A stretch of 63,376 bases of DNA, filler included, from Octopus bimaculoides (taxonomy: Eukaryota): the NCBI RefSeq assembly GCF_001194135.2. It is 4 parts of 4 records of this genome, joined end to end, with 100 filler letters (N's around TTAATTAATTAA, not from the genome) between each part and the next. Parts side by side here need not be neighbours in the genome. Positions count along the whole stretch, not along the records: positions 61,134 to 63,376 come from NW_026408632.1; 3 more parts are not named here. One strand, 5' to 3'. Below, piece by piece: positions 61,140-63,376 of this stretch. The notes under the pieces were generated by a model. The model did not search any database, had not been told where the DNA came from, and saw nothing but the letters and a program-made list of their open reading frames with translations. Position numbers and translations under genes: made by a program. Each line of letters opens with the position of its first letter. The stretch's first letter is position 1.

Positions 61140-63376
61140 CTACAAACACAAATTAAAGAGACTAGCATCACAAACTACATGGCTAAAAGCACAAAAAGCG
61201 GGGTCACCTGCTCAACAGCATCATGGCACTGAAAGTGGACGTAGTGGCCATCAGGGAAATCAGAACTTCCAACTCACGGCACTTCCAACCCATTTTCGGT
61301 GAATATGAGGCGTACGCATCTGTAAGATTTCCGGAATTGGGAGGCGGATTCCCTCGCATTGCGGACGATCTTCATGGCGCCGGAGGATAGGTCGGTGGTG
61401 CTGGACATGACAGGCAGCGACGGAAATACTTTCAAACTATTTTCCGTTTATCCCCCTTCAGGAGCAGGAGGACCAGATTTCTTTAATCGACTGAGAACAT
61501 CCCGCTCTTTATTGTTTGTGGGGATTGGAATGGCGTTTTAGACATAAGGTGGGATTGTGTGAGTTTCACAGATTGGGGAGGANNNNNNNNNNGGGGATTG
61601 GAATGGCGTTTTAGACATAAGGTGGGATTGTGTGAGTTTCACAGATTGGGGAGGAGTGGGCGAAAGCCTCGTAAACCTGCTCTGACGATTCCAAGTATTT
61701 GACACGTATCGACTGGATTTCCCTGACATGCCAGTGTGGATCTGGTCAAACCGCATCTGGTCTGCTACTCCGTATCTAGGCTAATTCTATAGAATAGTCC
61801 ATAAGGATAGCATAGGTTGGCCACAATTTGAAGTAGTCGACTATACACACCACAACTTCGTGATCTGCACAGTCGACTTATATCGGCTTCATAAACAGGG
61901 ACCCAGTTACTAGAAGCTGTACGTGTCTTTGCGGCGCCTAAAGACCGAATTTTTGAACTAGTTTGCGGCGCGAAAGACCGAAAAAACAGAGTGGAAGCAG
62001 AGCTAGACAAGATTTTAGACGAGGCTTTTAGAAAAGCTATCTCAACCGATGTGCTCGCAGCGAGATTAGCACTCGAGCTAATTTTCAACATGAAAGACGA
62101 AGGTTGCATTTACAGAGCTAAGGCACGAGCAGTTAGACACAAAGGGACGAAAGACGTTCAAAGTCCCTGAGTGGCAGAGGCAGAGCATGGCAATAAATCC
62201 AAGGTCCGATCTTTATTGGGAAGATCCATTCACGACAACTTCCACCTCATTCGATACATCACTAAGAAATTGCCTAAAGAACTTGGCACAGGTGGAGCCC
62301 TAATCAATTTAAAGCTTCCGATGGGGTCGACAAGACGTCTAGCTTCCGGCATGTATTCAGAGGCTGGATCACTGCAATGCACTATGAAATCTGTTCAGCG
62401 GTCAGAGTGAACTGTCATCTCTCAGAACCGTTCAACGTTATGCGTTCGGTCGGGCACGTTAGCACCTCTCTTGTATTTACTAACTCTTGAGCCATTACTT
62501 CACAAACTCGAAGCGTTAGGAAGCATCCCGCGTGACCTAGGATGTGGGAGATGCGTGTTGGCATAAACACATGGAAATGATCGACATCCCCCCCACTGGG
62601 CTCTGAAACAACGGACCGATTAAATTGATCGGTGTCTAGTTCAGTCGGGACTTACAGATGGATAAAAACTGTGATGAAGTAACGAGAAGATTGACTACTC
62701 TCACCCAGAAATGGGCTGAGAGGAAGTTATCTCTTAAATGTCGGGCAGAGGTGTCTCACGTGTATATCGCATCCTTATCTCGGCCAACGTCTGATCCCTT
62801 TGGCGGGTACAATCTTCCGCTTTTTGCGGAAAAGAGGCGTCCCGATTGTCAAGCGGTCTGTTTGCTGTCAACACTCCTCTGCATTGTGGCCTGGTCATGC
62901 NNNNNNNNNNTTTCAACGCTTCCTTGACGGTGAACAGGTGTGGTCGCCGTTCGCCAGACACGTATTTGAACAGCTAGTTTTTTTTTTAACGGATCTGCAG
63001 TCCTGGGTAAGAGAATAACCGAGAGGAGGCATTTGGAAAGTGGAATGTCTTCAAGCACTCACAACCCTCAGCAAGTTGAACATTGCGGTAGGTGGAACAT
63101 CCACGTTACCTTTCATTTGAAGAGAGAATTTGAGACGACGTACTGGGGGAGACCTTCGGCGTCGAAGATCATCTAGTCATAATTTCCAAAAGTCTCTGAC
63201 CTGAAAGTGCTGCCTGTTCGAGAGGAAGTATACAGGCACGGAAGTCTCGTCAGCTGAGCATATCCAAGATGCACAGAGGACGGTGAGACGGTCCTGCATG
63301 CACTCACCAAGTGCACGAGCATTTCTGGCCTGTGGGTTTATATCGAAAACCTCTAGTGGCCTATAGGACGGAACCG
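61140..63376 (+). mobile_element. L1/Tx1-like LINE ORF2 pseudogene (APE endonuclease and RT remnants)
   Basis: APE: LKVDVVAIRE, VVLDMTG..FSVYPP, FIVCGDWNGVLD, VDYTHH. RT: IHDNFHLIRY..GGALINL, and WAERKLSLKCRAEV. YADD is destroyed near 62563; many stops and deletions. Confidence 0.85.

Noticed and set aside
61520-61655. 63-bp duplication across a 10-N gap within the LINE
   Set aside because: Overlap artefact at a minimal gap.
1-63376. CRISPR arrays, rRNA, telomeric arrays, prokaryotic operons
   Set aside because: No regularly spaced repeat-spacer structure, no rRNA motifs, no (TTAGGG)n run; the DNA is eukaryotic and repeat-dominated.

Overview
Animal genomic DNA from a gapped short-read scaffold. 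It is AT-rich, packed with microsatellites, and has many N gaps, including three artificial 44N-TTAATTAATTAA-44N markers. The SINE families strongly suggest an octopus (inference from recall of these repeats). No complete host gene, tRNA, rRNA or CRISPR array can be supported, and almost all long ORFs in the track are microsatellite or gap artefacts. The window is mostly transposon debris. There are three tRNA-derived SINE families (my labels A, B, C) in about 30 copies or fragments. LINE fragments come from five families: two RLE-type R4/Dong-like, RTE, L1/Tx1-like and L2-like. There is also a DD37D (maT-type) transposase remnant, a mariner 5' end, hAT and pogo/Tigger MITEs, and a fold-back element with 58-bp arms. 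A few isolated candidate exons have good splice sites but no recognisable product. The best lead is two related Penelope-like terminal-repeat fragments (2330-2366 and 14532-14567, minus strand). Both fold into a minimal type-I hammerhead ribozyme, and both have a pyrimidine at the normally invariant core A6. Other leads are an R4/Dong-like LINE sitting inside the (TAA)n tail of a SINE, and a 153-bp local sequence copy apparently pasted into another TAA-flanked element.
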